A DNA stretch of 64,000 nt from Felis catus (Eukaryota), in NCBI RefSeq assembly GCF_018350175.1, contig NC_058368.1:186870001-186934000 (forward strand), read 5' to 3'. Position 1 is the stretch's first letter, and each line of letters begins with the position of its first letter. Under the pieces are notes generated by a model. That model saw only the letters and a list, made by a program, of their open reading frames with translations. It was not told where the DNA came from and did no database searches. Shown one piece after another: positions 12,520 through 25,429 of this stretch. The translations under genes and the position numbers were made by a program.

Positions 12520-12745
12520 CCTTTGCCTGGTTTCATATCTTGACAATTCTGCTACCTAGCTGTATAACCTTGGGGAAGTAACCTAACTTCTCTGTGACTC
12601 AGTGGCTTCACCTGCAGAATGAAAATGATATTAATAGAATCTACTTTACAGTGTAGATTCCATGAGTTTAATTCACATAAAGCACATTGAGAAGTGTCTG
12701 GCACAAAGTAAGTACAAAATAAATACTAGCAGCTATTAAATGTAT
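12520..12745 (+). mobile_element. MIR
   Basis: tagctgtataaccttggggaagtaacctaacttctctgtgactcagt...gtgtctggcacaaagtaagt. Confidence 0.8.
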
Positions 12746-14184
12746 TAACTCAGAGGTCCTAGCCACATCTCGAACCAGAGGCATTTTTTTTCTTTTCTTT
12801 TTTTTTTTTTTCTGACCCATAGAAACAAATCAAGCTCCCCATGATCCGACATTGGAAAAAAATAGAGACCTGTATTAACTGGCACATCTCTCCATAAGAA
12901 TTATCATGCCTATCAAGGACCCAGGAAAACAGCAAGAATTTGAAAGCTTAGAGAATTACTATGAAAAGATCCTACTATATTCACTATTACTGTTGTGTTA
13001 AATATATTCTCTTAAGTTTTGGTGTTTCTGAACAGAAAACCAGCACTGTAGGCCAAATTAACCACTTTCTGGGTGTGTGAGACTATTCTTAGCTGTGCCT
13101 CAATTTCTTCATGTATATAGTTAAGGAGTTCAACTAGAAAATCTTTAGAAATCCTTTTTGTGGTAATGTCCTGTGGCCCTAACAATTGATCACTTGTATG
13201 TATGAGCTATGGGGACTAGAGGCTCCATAGAATTAGGTGTTTCAATAATTCAACAAATCTCTACTGATTTCTGTCTATATGCCAGTCACTGTAGTGTCTA
13301 TATAGTCACTATAATTAATGCCAGGGATTCATTAATGAAAAAAAAGGGCTGGTACCTGCCCTTAGGAAGCTCATAGACTAGTGACGTAAAAGTAAATAAA
13401 CTACTATAATAAATATACTGTGCAGGAAAGGTTGGGACAATCAAGAACTACTGATTCTTTGGCCTGAATGGAAAATTCATAGAATGTTAGTAAAATCAGG
13501 AGATATTTAATTCAGCCACCATGATTTAGAAACAGAAGCCAGAGAAGAGTTTTGGGAGAGTTGAGATAATAAACAGAAAAGGCTCTATTGGTATTGGGAT
13601 TGCTATAATAGACTCCCTTTTTAAGTGAAGACAAGTCTACCCTGATGAAAATTTTCTTCTCTTTGTTCATCAGGACCAAGATATTGCTGTAAGTGATGCT
13701 TCAATTTTCTATCTTATCTGTTAGACTTGTCTGAACTATCTAGTGATAGTGTGCCCTCCATTGTCATCTTAGAATGCTTTTAGCCTTACCCCTGCCCGAT
13801 ATATAGGATCTATATAATGTTGGTATTTAGATGACATGTTAAAGCTAAACATAAAGAAGGATCCAAACTATGATGTGAGCATCAAGATGTGTAGGCAAGC
13901 CCAATCCTTCAGGGTTTACCTATAAGTGCTAAAAATTAGAAGACACTAAGGGCAAAATGGAAAACTAGAAAAAAAAACAACAACTCTGAATTGGTGGCAC
14001 AGACACATTGCCCCGCCCCAGGAATGCTCTGACAATGTTGTCTCACCTCATTCTTACAAAGTGTAGGTGGTTATGGTGGTGTGTTGAAAGCCAATTGGAT
14101 GAAATTAAACAAAAAACAAAACACCAGCATTTAAATTGTTTGGCATTAGAATACCCATGCTGTTAGGACAAATAAATAAGAGTA

Positions 14185-14289
14185 TTTTTTTCTCTTTATT
14201 GAGTAGGCTCCATGCCCAACTTGGGGCTCGAGCTATGACCCCAAGTTCAAGAGTCACGTGCTCTACCAACTGAGCCAGCCAGGTGCCCC
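14185..14289 (-). mobile_element. Short tRNA-derived CanSINE (old subfamily, lacking the CT tract)
   Basis: Reverse complement reads ggggcacctggctggctcagttggtagagcacgtgactcttgaacttggggtc...tcgagcccca. Confidence 0.85.
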
Positions 14290-14323
14290 GATTTTATGCA
14301 GACTTTAAAAACACCCTCAAACA

Positions 14324-14531
14324 GGGGCTGCTGGCTGATTCAGTCGGTTAAGCATCTGACTTTGGTTCAGGTCATGATCTCACAGCTCATGAGTTCCGGC
14401 TCCACGTTGGACTCCGTGCTGACAGCTCAGAACTTGGAGCCTGTTTTGGATTCTGTGTCTTCCTCTCTCTCTGCCCCTCCCCTGCTCACACTCTGTCTCT
14501 TCTCAAAAATAAACATTAAAACAAATTTTAA
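14324..14531 (+). mobile_element. Feliform CanSINE
   Basis: Head, CT tract and A-tail. TSD aaaaacaccctcaaa at 14307-14321 and 14532-14546. Confidence 0.92.
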
Positions 14532-15446
14532 AAAAACACCCTCAAAACAATGCCAAATACTGTTTACGGATACATATATATGTAGTAAAAATATAAAACA
14601 ATAGATTTAAAAGTTAAACACAAATTTCATGTGTGTAGTTACATGCATTAAACAGGATCAGGAAACAGCATCAGGGAAGGGTCCAGATCAATTTCCAGGT
14701 GCAAATGTAACATTTAGAATAGATTCAAACTATGTAAGCCCAAGTGTTAACATTTGTTACATCTGGATGGTGGTACTATGATTTATGTCATACTTTTCTG
14801 TGGTTTGAAAAATTTTAAAAGCATGGAGAAAAAAATGAATAGGTAAAATAAAATTAGTGTTAAAGTAAAGAAACAGATATGGTACATGATACAAAACTGA
14901 ATAAGAACCCCAGAAAAATATCTCAACAAGCTCTCACAGAAGCAGAAGAAAAAATGAAAACAATGAAGTAGAATGTACTGATTTTGGAGACTATGGATTC
15001 ACAGTATTACTGTCATTTCTGAAACAAAGATTAGAAAAATGAATGAAAACAGTTATCAAAGTATAAATCAGTATTGTTTTCCTATTCTGAAAGAAGACTC
15101 AACTCTACATTGAAAGGATTCACTGAGTATCAATAAATATATAATAAAAAGAGAACAGTACTTAAACATATGCTAATGAATTGGCTGGATTAGAAAAAAA
15201 AGAAGAAAAATAAATCTATAAGCATTTATAATTAGTCCACTGTTCCCAGGCTGGGGAAAGAAACTAAAATCAAACTTCACCTCTGAAAATCTAATGCTCA
15301 TTTTGAGCTGTGCTAACAGCTTGATAAAGGAGAAGCAAGAAAATAAGAGTTTTAAACCAAAAGCAGTAGTTCATTTCACAGAGAATAAGAACTGATATCA
15401 TTCAGTTGACTACCTGATGGTAAAGAAAATTAAAAGTCACATTTTT

Positions 15447-16081
15447 GAGGGGTGCAAGCTGGTTCAGCCACTCTAGAAAACAGTATGGAGGTTCCTCAAA
15501 AAACTAAAATTAGAACTACCCTATGACTCCGCAATTGCACTACTAGGCATTTATCCATGGGATACAGGTGTGCTGTTTTGAAGGGACACATGCACCCACA
15601 TGTTTATAGCAGCACTATCAACAATAGCCAAAGTATGGAAAGAGCCCAAATGTCCATTGATGGATGAATGGATAAAGAAAATGTGGTATATATATACAAT
15701 GGAGTATTACTTGGCAATCAAAAAGAAAGAAATCTTGCCATTTGCAGCTGCATGGATGGAATTGGAGGGTATTATGCTAAGTGAAATTAGTCAGAGAAAG
15801 ACAAAAGTCATATGACTTCACTCATATGAGGACTTTAAGACACAAAACAGATGAACCTAAGGGAAGAGAAACAAAAATAACATAAAAACAGGGAGGGGTA
15901 CAAAACAGAAGAGACTCCTAAACATGTAGAACAAACTGAGGGTTACTGGAGGGGTTGTGGGAGGGGGGGATGGGCTAAATGGGTAAGGGGCACTAAGGAA
16001 TCTATTCCTGAAATCATTGTTGCACTATATGCTAACTAATTTTGATGTAAATTTTAAAAAATAAAAAATTTAAAAATTTAA
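15447..16081 (+). mobile_element. 5'-truncated feliform L1 (ORF2 C-terminus and 3'UTR)
   Basis: ORF 15600-15815 (MFIAALSTIAKVWKEPKCP...MELEGIMLSEISQ) is the L1 ORF2 C-terminus. Perfect 15-bp TSD aaaagtcacattttt at 15432-15446 and 16082-16096. Confidence 0.95.
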
Positions 16082-16384
16082 AAAAGTCACATTTTTTACA
16101 TTCTCTTAGTTATTTGGCAAACATATTCACATAATTTGAATTAATTATATACATTATATTTTTCCTATATCCTTAAAGGTCAGGAATCAGATCATAAATT
16201 TCATTTGTACCTCCCTACTATGGGAGGGGGGAGGTAGCATTTTGGAGAAGATGGTTCTTTTACCAGTAAAGCTGTTTTGCATATTGCAGAATATTTAGTC
16301 CAACTGGCCACTGGACTTAAAACTTACTGAAGACCCCTCAAGTCATTGTGACAAAAAACTGAAACAAAACAAGCAAACAAAATA

Positions 16385-16460
16385 CAAGCATACCTCGGAA
16401 AAATTGTGGATCAGTTCCAGACCATTGCAATAAAATGAATATCACAATAAAGTGAGTCAA
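16385..16460 (+). mobile_element. Terminal fragment of a TcMar-Tigger DNA transposon
   Basis: TA followed by caagcatacctcggaaaaattgtggatcagttccagaccattgcaataaa, resembling a Tigger TIR and subterminal region. Confidence 0.7.
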
Positions 16461-16679
16461 ATAAAAAAGAAATAGCTAATTGGAATATGTATGTTAAAAA
16501 ATGAAACCATTTCATCAATGCATGCATTCAACAAATAGCAAAAAGAACACAAGGTATAGGCCAGTTAATCTACTACATCAGGGGAAGTAATTTAAGACAT
16601 GACAGAAAAGGTCTCTGCCCTCAGAAAGTTTACAATCCATGGAGAAAATAGTTAATGAGGAAACAATAAATAAACATAA

Positions 16680-17305
16680 ATATTTATATCACTTTATTTA
16701 TAATTACCAAAACTTGGAAGCAATCAAGATATCCATCAGTATGTAAGTGCATAAATAAACCGTAGTACATCTAAACAGTAGGATATTATTCAGTGCTAAA
16801 GAGAAATGAGCAACCAAACCATCAAAATCCATGCAGGAAACCTAGATGTGTATTACTAAGTTAAAGAAGCCAATCTGAAAAAGGTCCCATTCTGTATGAT
16901 TCCAATCATATGATCTTCTGAAAAAGGCAAAACAGTAAATATATCAGTGGTTGCCAGAGGTTGGGGGAGATGAATAAGCAGAACACAGAGGAGTTTTAGG
17001 GCAGCAAAACTATTCTGCATGTTACAGAACACATGTCATTAGCTCTTTGTCAAAAACCACAAAATGTATAACACCAGAGGTGAGCCGTAATGTAAGCTAT
17101 GTACTTTAGATGATAATAATATGTCAATGTAGGTTCATCAGTGGTAATGAACCGCTCGGTGTGGGGTGTTGATAGTGGGAGAGCCTGTGCATGTGTGGGC
17201 AGCAGTGGGTATATGGGAGCTCTCTTTACTGTCCACTCAATTTTGCTGTGAACCCAAAACTATTCTAAAAAAAAATTAAAGTTTATAATTTTCTTTTTAA
17301 AAAAA
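16680..17305 (+). mobile_element. Ancient L1 3' end (L1MC-like)
   Basis: ccaaaacttggaagcaatcaagatatcc...aaagaagccaatctgaaaaagg...ttttgctgtgaacccaaaactattctaaaaa. Confidence 0.85.
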
Positions 17306-18319
17306 GGAACAAATTATTTATCCATAGATGAATCAGAGAGAAGACATGATGTTAGAAAAGGTTCAGCTGTAGGAACGTGTATAGGTGTTTAAGAAATAAG
17401 GAAAAACAGTCTGGAGTAGAAGCTAATCAAGGAGATCAGTGAAATTAAGAAGTAAAGTATTGACAGCAATGCCTGACATCTAGTAAGTGTTCAATATGTG
17501 TTAACCATTATTAATATTATTACATAATTAGTAAGCCTGTTAATTCCTTTTGGAATTTTCCTATATGCTGGATAAGTACTATTTCATGTCAATTGAAAAA
17601 AAAAATGAGATTTTTACACCAAAATGGAAAGTAGATCCACACACCTATAAGTGACTGAGCAAAAAGAGAGCAAATATAAGGGTGAAAAGAAAGAAACGCC
17701 AAACTTCAGTGACTGAAAATTTGCCTAGAGAGATAGTCTTAGAAATATCTGTAAATTTAGTTTGAAGCAATGCTTGCTTAACTTCTAAGCAAATTTGTCA
17801 TGGTCATCCATGTACACATATTCCTTTTTTCCAGAAAGATCAATATTTTCCTTAGATTAACCAAAAGGCAGTTATACTTTATTTTTAAAACTTTTGTGTA
17901 TTTCACTGTTTATAATTGAAGGGCCAACTATCATGGTTTGCTTTGGGGAAGCCCTTAAACATAGAACATTAGCCCTGGGTGGTCATTTAAAGTTTCCCTA
18001 CTGTGCAGTTTACGCAAAAGTAAATTAAGACCTGGAGCAAGGAAGGAACTAGCTGAAGTTTATATAGCTACTTGATGGTTAACTCTGGCATTAAAACTTG
18101 CAATTGCACCTCCCTGTTCAGCACTCTTTTTGTTACACCAGACAAACATGTTTCCCCAGGCAAACCCTCCAGCTTCCAACAATGGCATGTTTCCCACCTC
18201 ACTGCATGTAAAGATTGTTAATAATTTATTCATGAAGATAGAAAAGTCGTGGGATGAAGCGAATTGGGGTCTGTGAAAGGAAAAGTAAAATGAGCACTGA
18301 AAATGATGAGAACATACAC

Positions 18320-19100
18320 CATTTCTTTGATAAATAATTACTGAGCATCCAAAATTGACCAGGTATTGTATTAGGTAGGCATTGTGTTAGGCACTAGGTA
18401 GGCATTAGGTAGACATTTACAGAACCTGTCCTTGTGGCAATTACAGTAAACAAGGGAACAGGATACTAAACAAGAAGTTATAGTTACAATGAATGTCATA
18501 AAGAAGAAATGTGACATGTGGATGGAATCATAAAAGAGTTCTAATCCGAATTAAGCAGTCAGAAGAAGTTACATTTAAGCGGAATTTTGAAGGATAAATG
18601 GGCATCAGCTGATGAAAGAGGGAGGGGCAGTGGACACTTTCAATCAGAGGGAACACCATGTGTAAAGGACATGAAGAGGAAAATCTTGTTACTTTTAGAC
18701 ATCTGAAGGAAGCCCAGTGTGGCTCGGGTATGGTACATGAGGAGAGAGTGGCAGAGATGAGCCTAGAGAAGCAGACTGGGTAAAATCATTCAAGATCTTT
18801 GAAGTCATATCAGAGATATAGTTCATTAAGAGTGAGAGGACGTTGAAGGATTTGGAATAGAGAAGTAACATGACCCACCTTCAGCTTTCAAATGGACAGC
18901 TGCAGGAGTGGAAATGTGGAGGCTACCCTGGGCATTATTGGAGTTACAATCTAAGATATGGATTATGGCTTCATGAAAGAGAAATGCACAGATTTCAGTG
19001 ACATTTTAGAGTCAAAATCAATAGGATTTTCTATTAAATTAGATATGGGGCATAAGTAAAAAGGGAAAATCAAAGGTAATGCTTTGGTTTCTGTCAAAGA
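18320..19100 (-). mobile_element. L2 fragment
   Basis: ttactgagca...ccaggtattgtattagg...cagagggaacaccatgtgtaaagg...aaggaagcccagtgtggct, which are typical antisense L2 motifs. Confidence 0.7.
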
Positions 19101-20420
19101 GTAGAGGAGGGGCTGGTTGGTAGGTGGGAGATATATCTAAATAAATAGTAAACAAAGATCTAAAGGCATGCTGCTGTTTATTGTGTAGACTTTGAGCATT
19201 CCTAGAAGACAGTGATGACCAGAACTTGAAGCTCTAACATACAGATATTCCTGGATAAAAACAGGGAAAGTGAGAATGATTGGCTCTAGATATACTCACG
19301 TTTTTTGCCATAGGCCCTTGGAGGGCTGTTGACAAGAGATACTGAGAAACTGGTGGCATTTCCTGGTGAGTTCTAATAACACTTTTATAAATTACTTAAT
19401 ACCCTTCCAATTCAGACAACCTACCCTTAGATCCTACACTTACTCAAAAGTGATCCCAAATGAGCATATCATTCATTCATTTGTTCATTAATTCAACATA
19501 TGTTTATTGATCTCTGCCATGTTCCTAGCCTTGTCTGGATCTAAAAATATAGCTAATCACACATATGAGGTATTTGTATTTTAATCTATTTGAAGTTAGT
19601 AACTCTTGGAACTCATTCAACACATCTAGACTGTAAAAAATTGGACAGAGAAAACATTGGTTTGTATCTGTACACCAATTATTAGCTGAATAATCATGTA
19701 GGCTAGTATGGCTGGGAGGTCTTTACATCTCTGATTTTCTCTTTTTGAAGTATGGAGATGATACACTCAGAAAAAAAAAAAACATAGAATGGATGACAAG
19801 TCCTCAAAGACTTATTTCTAATTAAAACCAAGTAAGGAAAATGGCTTGTATCTCTAGATCGATAGACTATTCCCTATTGGCTAATTTACTGTGTGGCCTA
19901 TAAATCTTTCTTGCCTGAGAAAAGCCATTCTTCAAACCTATTCAAAGGTCATGTCATTTCCCTTTTAGGCATATAACAGTTGACTAGCTTGAAAATGTGA
20001 ATAATGGATGCCTTTCACGTAACAATTGGATTAAAGAAACCACCTCAATAAATACTCACTGAGCATCTTCTCTATGTAAGCCATTGTATGTGTGGAAGAT
20101 ATTGAAAAGAATAAGTTTCCCTACATCCCAGGATCTTATCACCTTTTCAGTAAAAGTATAATGAGAAATGATTAACTCTAAAATGAGGCAGAGTGTAACA
20201 TACTAGTGTGGGTAGAGGGAAAAATTCTCCCTTTCACAGGTGGAAGGTGACTTCTGATCCACACTCTAGAAGAAAGCAATATTGGAGTGAACAACTTTAT
20301 CCCATCTCTTCATTTATTACTTATCTTTCCTTGTGGGAAAAAGAACCTATCCAGTGCTGATCTCATAGAATTTGGGTATTCAGGGTGGAAAGGTCCACTG
20401 CTTTTAAAAGGCAATGGTGG

Positions 20421-20568
20421 ACCAGCATAATGTCCTGGTTTTGCTATTGTACTATAATTATAAAGATATCAACATTAGGGAAGACAGGATGAAGGGTTCC
20501 TAGAAGCTTATTCTTTATTTCTTTGCAATGTCTTCTGAGTCTATAATTAGTTCAAAATAAAATTTGTT
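20421..20568 (+). mobile_element. Very short ancient L1 3' end (L1MC/MD-class) with preserved TSD
   Basis: tcctggttttgctattgtactata...ttgcaatgtcttctgagtctataattagttcaaaataaaa, flanked by ttttaaaaggca(a/g)tggtgg at 20402-20420 and 20569-20587. Confidence 0.8.
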
Positions 20569-20611
20569 TTTTAAAAGGCAGTGGTGGCCTATGTATTTCT
20601 CTCAGGCTTTG

Positions 20612-21117
20612 CTAATAGCCACTAGCTTCAAATCGATTACTGAGCACTGAGATATCTTTTAAGTGTAAAATACATACCAGATGGGGCACCTGGGTGGCTC
20701 AGTTGGTTAAGCGTCCCACTTCAGGTCATGATCTCATGGTCTGTAAGCCAGGGCCCCACCCCGGGCTCTGTAAAGACAGCTCAGAGCTTGGTGCCTGCTT
20801 CAGATTCTGTATCTCCCTCTCTCTCTGCCCTCCCCCACTCACACTCTGTCTCTGTCTCTGTCTCTCTCTTTCAAAAATAAATATTTAAAATAATTTTTTA
20901 AAAAATACATACCAGATTCATTATGACAAAAAAAAGCAAATTATCTTATCAGTAATATTTATATTGATTACCTGCTAAAATGATAATGCCTTGGGTATAT
21001 TAGATCAAATTAAATATGTTATTAAAATTAATTTTGTTCTTTGGAATTTTTATGTAGTTACTAAAAACTTTAAAACTGTATAGGAAATTTGCATTATATA
21101 TCTATTGCACAGTGCTC
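20612..21117 (-). mobile_element. hAT-Charlie non-autonomous element (MER33-like), split by a SINE
   Basis: tagccactagc...aagtgtaaaatacataccagat...tatattgattac...ttattaaaattaatttt...cattatatatctattgcacagtgct. Confidence 0.75.
20683..20901 (+). mobile_element. Feliform CanSINE
   Basis: Full SINE. 16-bp TSD aaaatacataccagat at 20667-20682 and 20902-20917. Confidence 0.93.
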
Positions 21118-21899
21118 CTTTAAGTCATTTTCCTGAATGAGTTTATGAAGGAAGTTACAATTTTGAATTAGCTGGCTATATAGGCATCTTCTCAGCAGAC
21201 TTAACTTTTTCCACATGGGATGTAGATTTGGGAAGGTGTGGAGTAATAGCACGGCCCTTAGGTCTAAGTCATATTTAACTATCTAGAAATATTTGTTATT
21301 TATGAGCTTTTAAGCCTCATTTACTAATTACCCCTTTTGGCTTCCTGTGTACATTTCAGAGGCTAGAACTGGGACAAAAGAATAAGGGTGATTAGACTCC
21401 TTTAAACCTCCAGCATGAAAGGACAGATGAGCTACTAAAATAATGTAAAGGAGGAAGAGATTATTTTTAATCCAGGGTGTATAAAAAAGACTAATAATGA
21501 AATGGAATTTATGTTGAGCCATGTGTATAGAAATATTCTAGAAAAGGAGCATATTAGAAAGAAAATCATGGAACCTGGGAATGTAAGAGGGATTTGGAAG
21601 ACAGCTAATTATTCCATTTGGTTAGATATTAGAATATTTGCCTGGGCAGTACATAGGACAGTTTTTGGAGAAACTTGAATTAAGCCTATGAGTTTTTGGA
21701 TTACTCCATAGGCAATAATGAACCATAAAGTAACTTTTGAGCAGAGTATTAAGATGACTAGGGCTCTGGTTTAAAGTGCTAGTAATGCAAGGAAAGATTG
21801 ACATAAAGAGAAATTGGAGGCAGGGAGTCCAAAGTAGCCAAGAATTGCCCAATATTCTATAAAACCTGGACTTTACAGAGTTGGGAAGCCAAACTGTTA

Positions 21900-22900
21900 T
21901 CTGTAGTTTCTCCATTTGAGTTCTGTTAGTAATTGTTGCAAATATTCTCAAACCCAGCCCTGTATAAGGAAGATGGGTTACCTGTCCTCATCAAGCATGT
22001 AGTCGACTGGTGAAAACAGACATTAGACAAATATTTAAAAGTGTGTTACTAAGCATTATGAAGGTCTAGTGCACATACATTCTGGCACATTTAATCTCAG
22101 AGTCCTGACCTAAATTAACCTTGGGAATCAGGAAGTGACATTTTAGCTGGGCTCAGCAAAATAATTCACCAGTGGGGATTCAGTGATTCAGGGAGGAGGA
22201 GAGTAAATATACAGGCTGAAGGAAGAGCAAGCACAAAGAAGCTGAGATGAGAAAGAGCATGATGCTTTTAAATAACTTAGAGTCCAGTGTGACTAAAATG
22301 TGAGAGCAAGAGGGAAGAGAGGGAGAGAGAGAGGACAAGAGTGAGTTCATGCATGGCCTGTTTCATGATAGAGACTGCAGTCCATATCCTAACAAAAAGC
22401 GGGAAGTTAGATTCTGAAAGATTTCATACAGGGGCTGGAGGTGATTGTATATAAATTCAATATTGGAATGAGAACAAAGGTGGAACCCACCTAACCACAT
22501 GGCTGAAAGGACAGGAGGAGAGGTGTGCTGCAGTGTAAGAAAAAATTACACCCAGAAGACAGGAAATATCACTAGGCAGACTATTAAAAAATATCCATTT
22601 CCTGAATAAATGAACAATAGATTGGAAGGGAGACATAAGGGATATAGAAACTTTTTAGAAGACTGTTACAGTGTGGTCAAATGGAAGATGATAGTTACTT
22701 GAATTTTAGTTGTACCAGTGGGAGTAACAAAATGAAAGAGGCTACAATTATTTAGTAAGGAACTGGATGATACTTGATGATTGACTGAATATAGGGAAGT
22801 GGTGGAGAGAGAAGAGCCAAGGACAATAGTCATGTTGCTGGTGTGGTAGATGACACCTTCCATGAGGGAAAAGAGCAAAGAAAAGTATATAGAGAAGATT
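21900..22900 (-). mobile_element. L2 fragment(s)
   Basis: cctgtcctcatcaagc...ggaagtgacattttagctg...aagagcatgatgc...ggatgatacttgatgattgactgaata. Confidence 0.6.
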
Positions 22901-23117
22901 TTAAAACACCATACATAATATATAAAACCTCCTTTTCCTGTTGGATTAGGTTTGTCACGGATCTTGAAATGACTGAATCCAACTTCATCATTTTATATAT
23001 GAGGAGTATTCAAAGTCTAAGTGATAGTAGCAAGGTCTCACAACTGTTTAAGGATGGAGCTGGAACTAGACCTAGACTTCTTGCATCCTATGTAACTCAG
23101 CTCTTCACTCTACATCT

Positions 23118-23280
23118 TTGCTTCTGAAAGTATGGTCCATGGACCTGGAAGCACCAGCATCATTGGGGATCTTGTCAAAAATGCAGATCTAAGGCCCAAC
23201 TTAGACCTCCTGAATCTGAATCTGCATTTCAATATGATTCCCACGTGATGTGTATGCACATTAGAGTTTGAGTTTTATGT
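23118..23280 (+). mobile_element. hAT-Charlie MITE (MER5A1-like)
   Basis: aaagtatggtccatggacc...cagcatc...aaatgcagatct...tgaatctgcatttcaa...gtatgcacattagagtttgag. Confidence 0.8.
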
Positions 23281-23770
23281 TCTGTAACACACATACCTAT
23301 TTTGTGTGTAGAAGTCCAAAGCTAAATCCACAAGAGATCATTCTTTATAGCCAGAAGACAAATACATTTATTTTCCTTTTTCTTTTATATAACCTAACAC
23401 CATAAATCTCAATTCTGTGTTAAGTAAAAAGAACCATTCCTGGTCTTGCCAGGAGGCGCTTTTACTCTTTTGAAAAAGAAAGGTTAAGAATCTCAGCTAC
23501 TTTTTCTGTGACAGCAGATGTAATTGAATATAGCTATGAGCTCAAAATACAGTCAATCTATTTTTAACGACTTAAATTGTTCTTAAGGATAAGGATAACA
23601 CAGTTGATACCTTAGATGTTGCTGGGTTTGTAACTCATCCTTGACACCAATCTGATTAATTCTGGACAGACATCTCGTTCACTATTATTCATAGGAGGAA
23701 GGAGCATGCTCTATGCTCTAAGAGGCTGTGGACATTACCCAAATATCCTCAATTCTGCACGATAAGCCTT

Positions 23771-23772
<2 letters not shown>

Positions 23773-23812
<40 letters not shown>

Positions 23813-23818
23813 ACACAC
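23773..23818. repeat. (GT)19 microsatellite followed by (AC)4
   Basis: Read directly from the sequence. Confidence 0.97.
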
Positions 23819-24199
23819 ATGAATTTTCCATAGAAACTGGTTTGATTTGCATCAGATAAACTTTTCAAACTTTCAGGTGATTTTTTTGGTTTATTTTTCT
23901 ATCTATGCATGGGGGTAGCACAGGCTTTTGTTATTCATTTCTGTATCTTGCCCCACCCTGGAAAATATTTCTTTCTTTTCTTTTCTCTTATAATTTCCCT
24001 TTTTAAAAACTTATTCAGGAAACTTCTTCTAGTGCTCCAGTCTCTTACCTGAAAGTATCTGGGTCTTTATCAATACAACAGCTCAGAAGTTGTATTTCCA
24101 TGACATAGGATTTCTCCTGAAAACAGAGCATAGTTTTACTTGTCTTGGTTCTTTAGAACCTGACACAATGTACTTTTACTCTACAAACATTCTTATAAA

Positions 24200-24700
24200 T
24201 AAGTGACAAAAATAAACCCAGATCAAACAGACTTAAGCAATAAAGAGAGTTCATTAAGTCACAAAACCAAAATCTCCAGAAAATGTTCTGACTGGGGAAG
24301 AGCCTGATTCAGTGGTTCAAACCCATTGAACCCATGTGTCTTCTCTTGGCAGCATAATGGCTTCAGTGTTTCCGGGGTCCCCATCTTAATATAACACCAC
24401 CAGAGAGACAAAGAATCTCTTCTAGTTGCTGCCATGGAAGAGAGAGGAAAATCCCGTTTCCAAGATGCCCAGTATCTTCTTATGTTTTAACTGGCTATGC
24501 TAACCCATTCCTGAATCAACCTTGGTGTCAAGGTATATGGATTATGTTGATTGGCTTAAGTTGACCTGGGACACTCTTGAAGTTAGGGGATAGTGGTGCA
24601 ACCCACCCATATCACCTGGGTATGTGCACTAAAGATGATATGTATACTAAAACAAAATTTTAAAGTTGTGATGAGAAGGGCAACAAACTGAAGATTTCTA
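24200..24700 (-). mobile_element. MaLR LTR (MLT1K/L-like)
   Basis: aagtgacaaaaataaacccagatcaaacagacttaagcaataaagag...cccattcctgaatcaa...tgattggcttaag. Confidence 0.6.
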
Positions 24701-25429
24701 TTTGTTGAATAAATGAATGAACAATTGAGTTCATGAGTTCATACTGATTTTAGATGCTTTAACACAGACCAAGTCTTAAAATCTGATCTAGAAATGGTGA
24801 AGATTATTTCTTGGATAATTTGTAAGAGGGCAAAGCAATATGAAAATCTTGTAGTTCAAGAAAAAATTATCCATATTTCTATATTTCTTCAAACGAATTT
24901 ATCGTCTCCTAGTCTATATTCCCCTTTACGTGCAGATCTTCTTTTTCAAGACGACATTTAAGAAGACATTTCAAGAAGACATTTCACCCCTATTGTTGTT
25001 GTTGTTCTGGTCACAATGTGACTGAATCCAGCTACCCATTTTGCTGTTTTTCTGAGATTTGGAGTTTGTTCAAATTTTCAGTTCAAACCAAACCTCATAT
25101 GTTATGTAATGGTTAGCTTATCCTTCTTCCACTTCAAAGACCAAATGGCAAATGGCAAAGGAGCACTCTGCTTTGTTCTTCATTTGCCTTCACATTCTCT
25201 GTTCCATGGCTGAACTTAATGTTTATCTAGAATCAGCTATAGACTCCCACCCCAGCTGTGCATCCCTTTGGTCTGGCAGTATAACAGTTCAATGTGGATT
25301 GAAGGTAGTGTCTATAGAAATCCAATAACAATGGTTTGTCCACTTAGATTTGTGGCACTTAATCTTTATTGCTATCTTTCTTTTATTTAAACAGTGATTA
25401 AAACCTGCGATCATTTACAATGTTCAAAA

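Noticed and set aside
14296..14604. 102-aa ORF and similar ORFs at 20694, 28255, 29334, 48962, 49634, 51256 and 57325
   Set aside because: They are translations of CanSINE sequence (AQxVK, LSLSL, KIN motifs).
24040..24070. Minus-strand tttcag|gtaaga as a recursive splice site
   Set aside because: The polypyrimidine tract is poor and the site lies in decayed L2-like sequence, so chance is likely.
24945..24986. Three imperfect copies of aagaagacatt
   Set aside because: A short slippage repeat without spacers and with no evidence of function.
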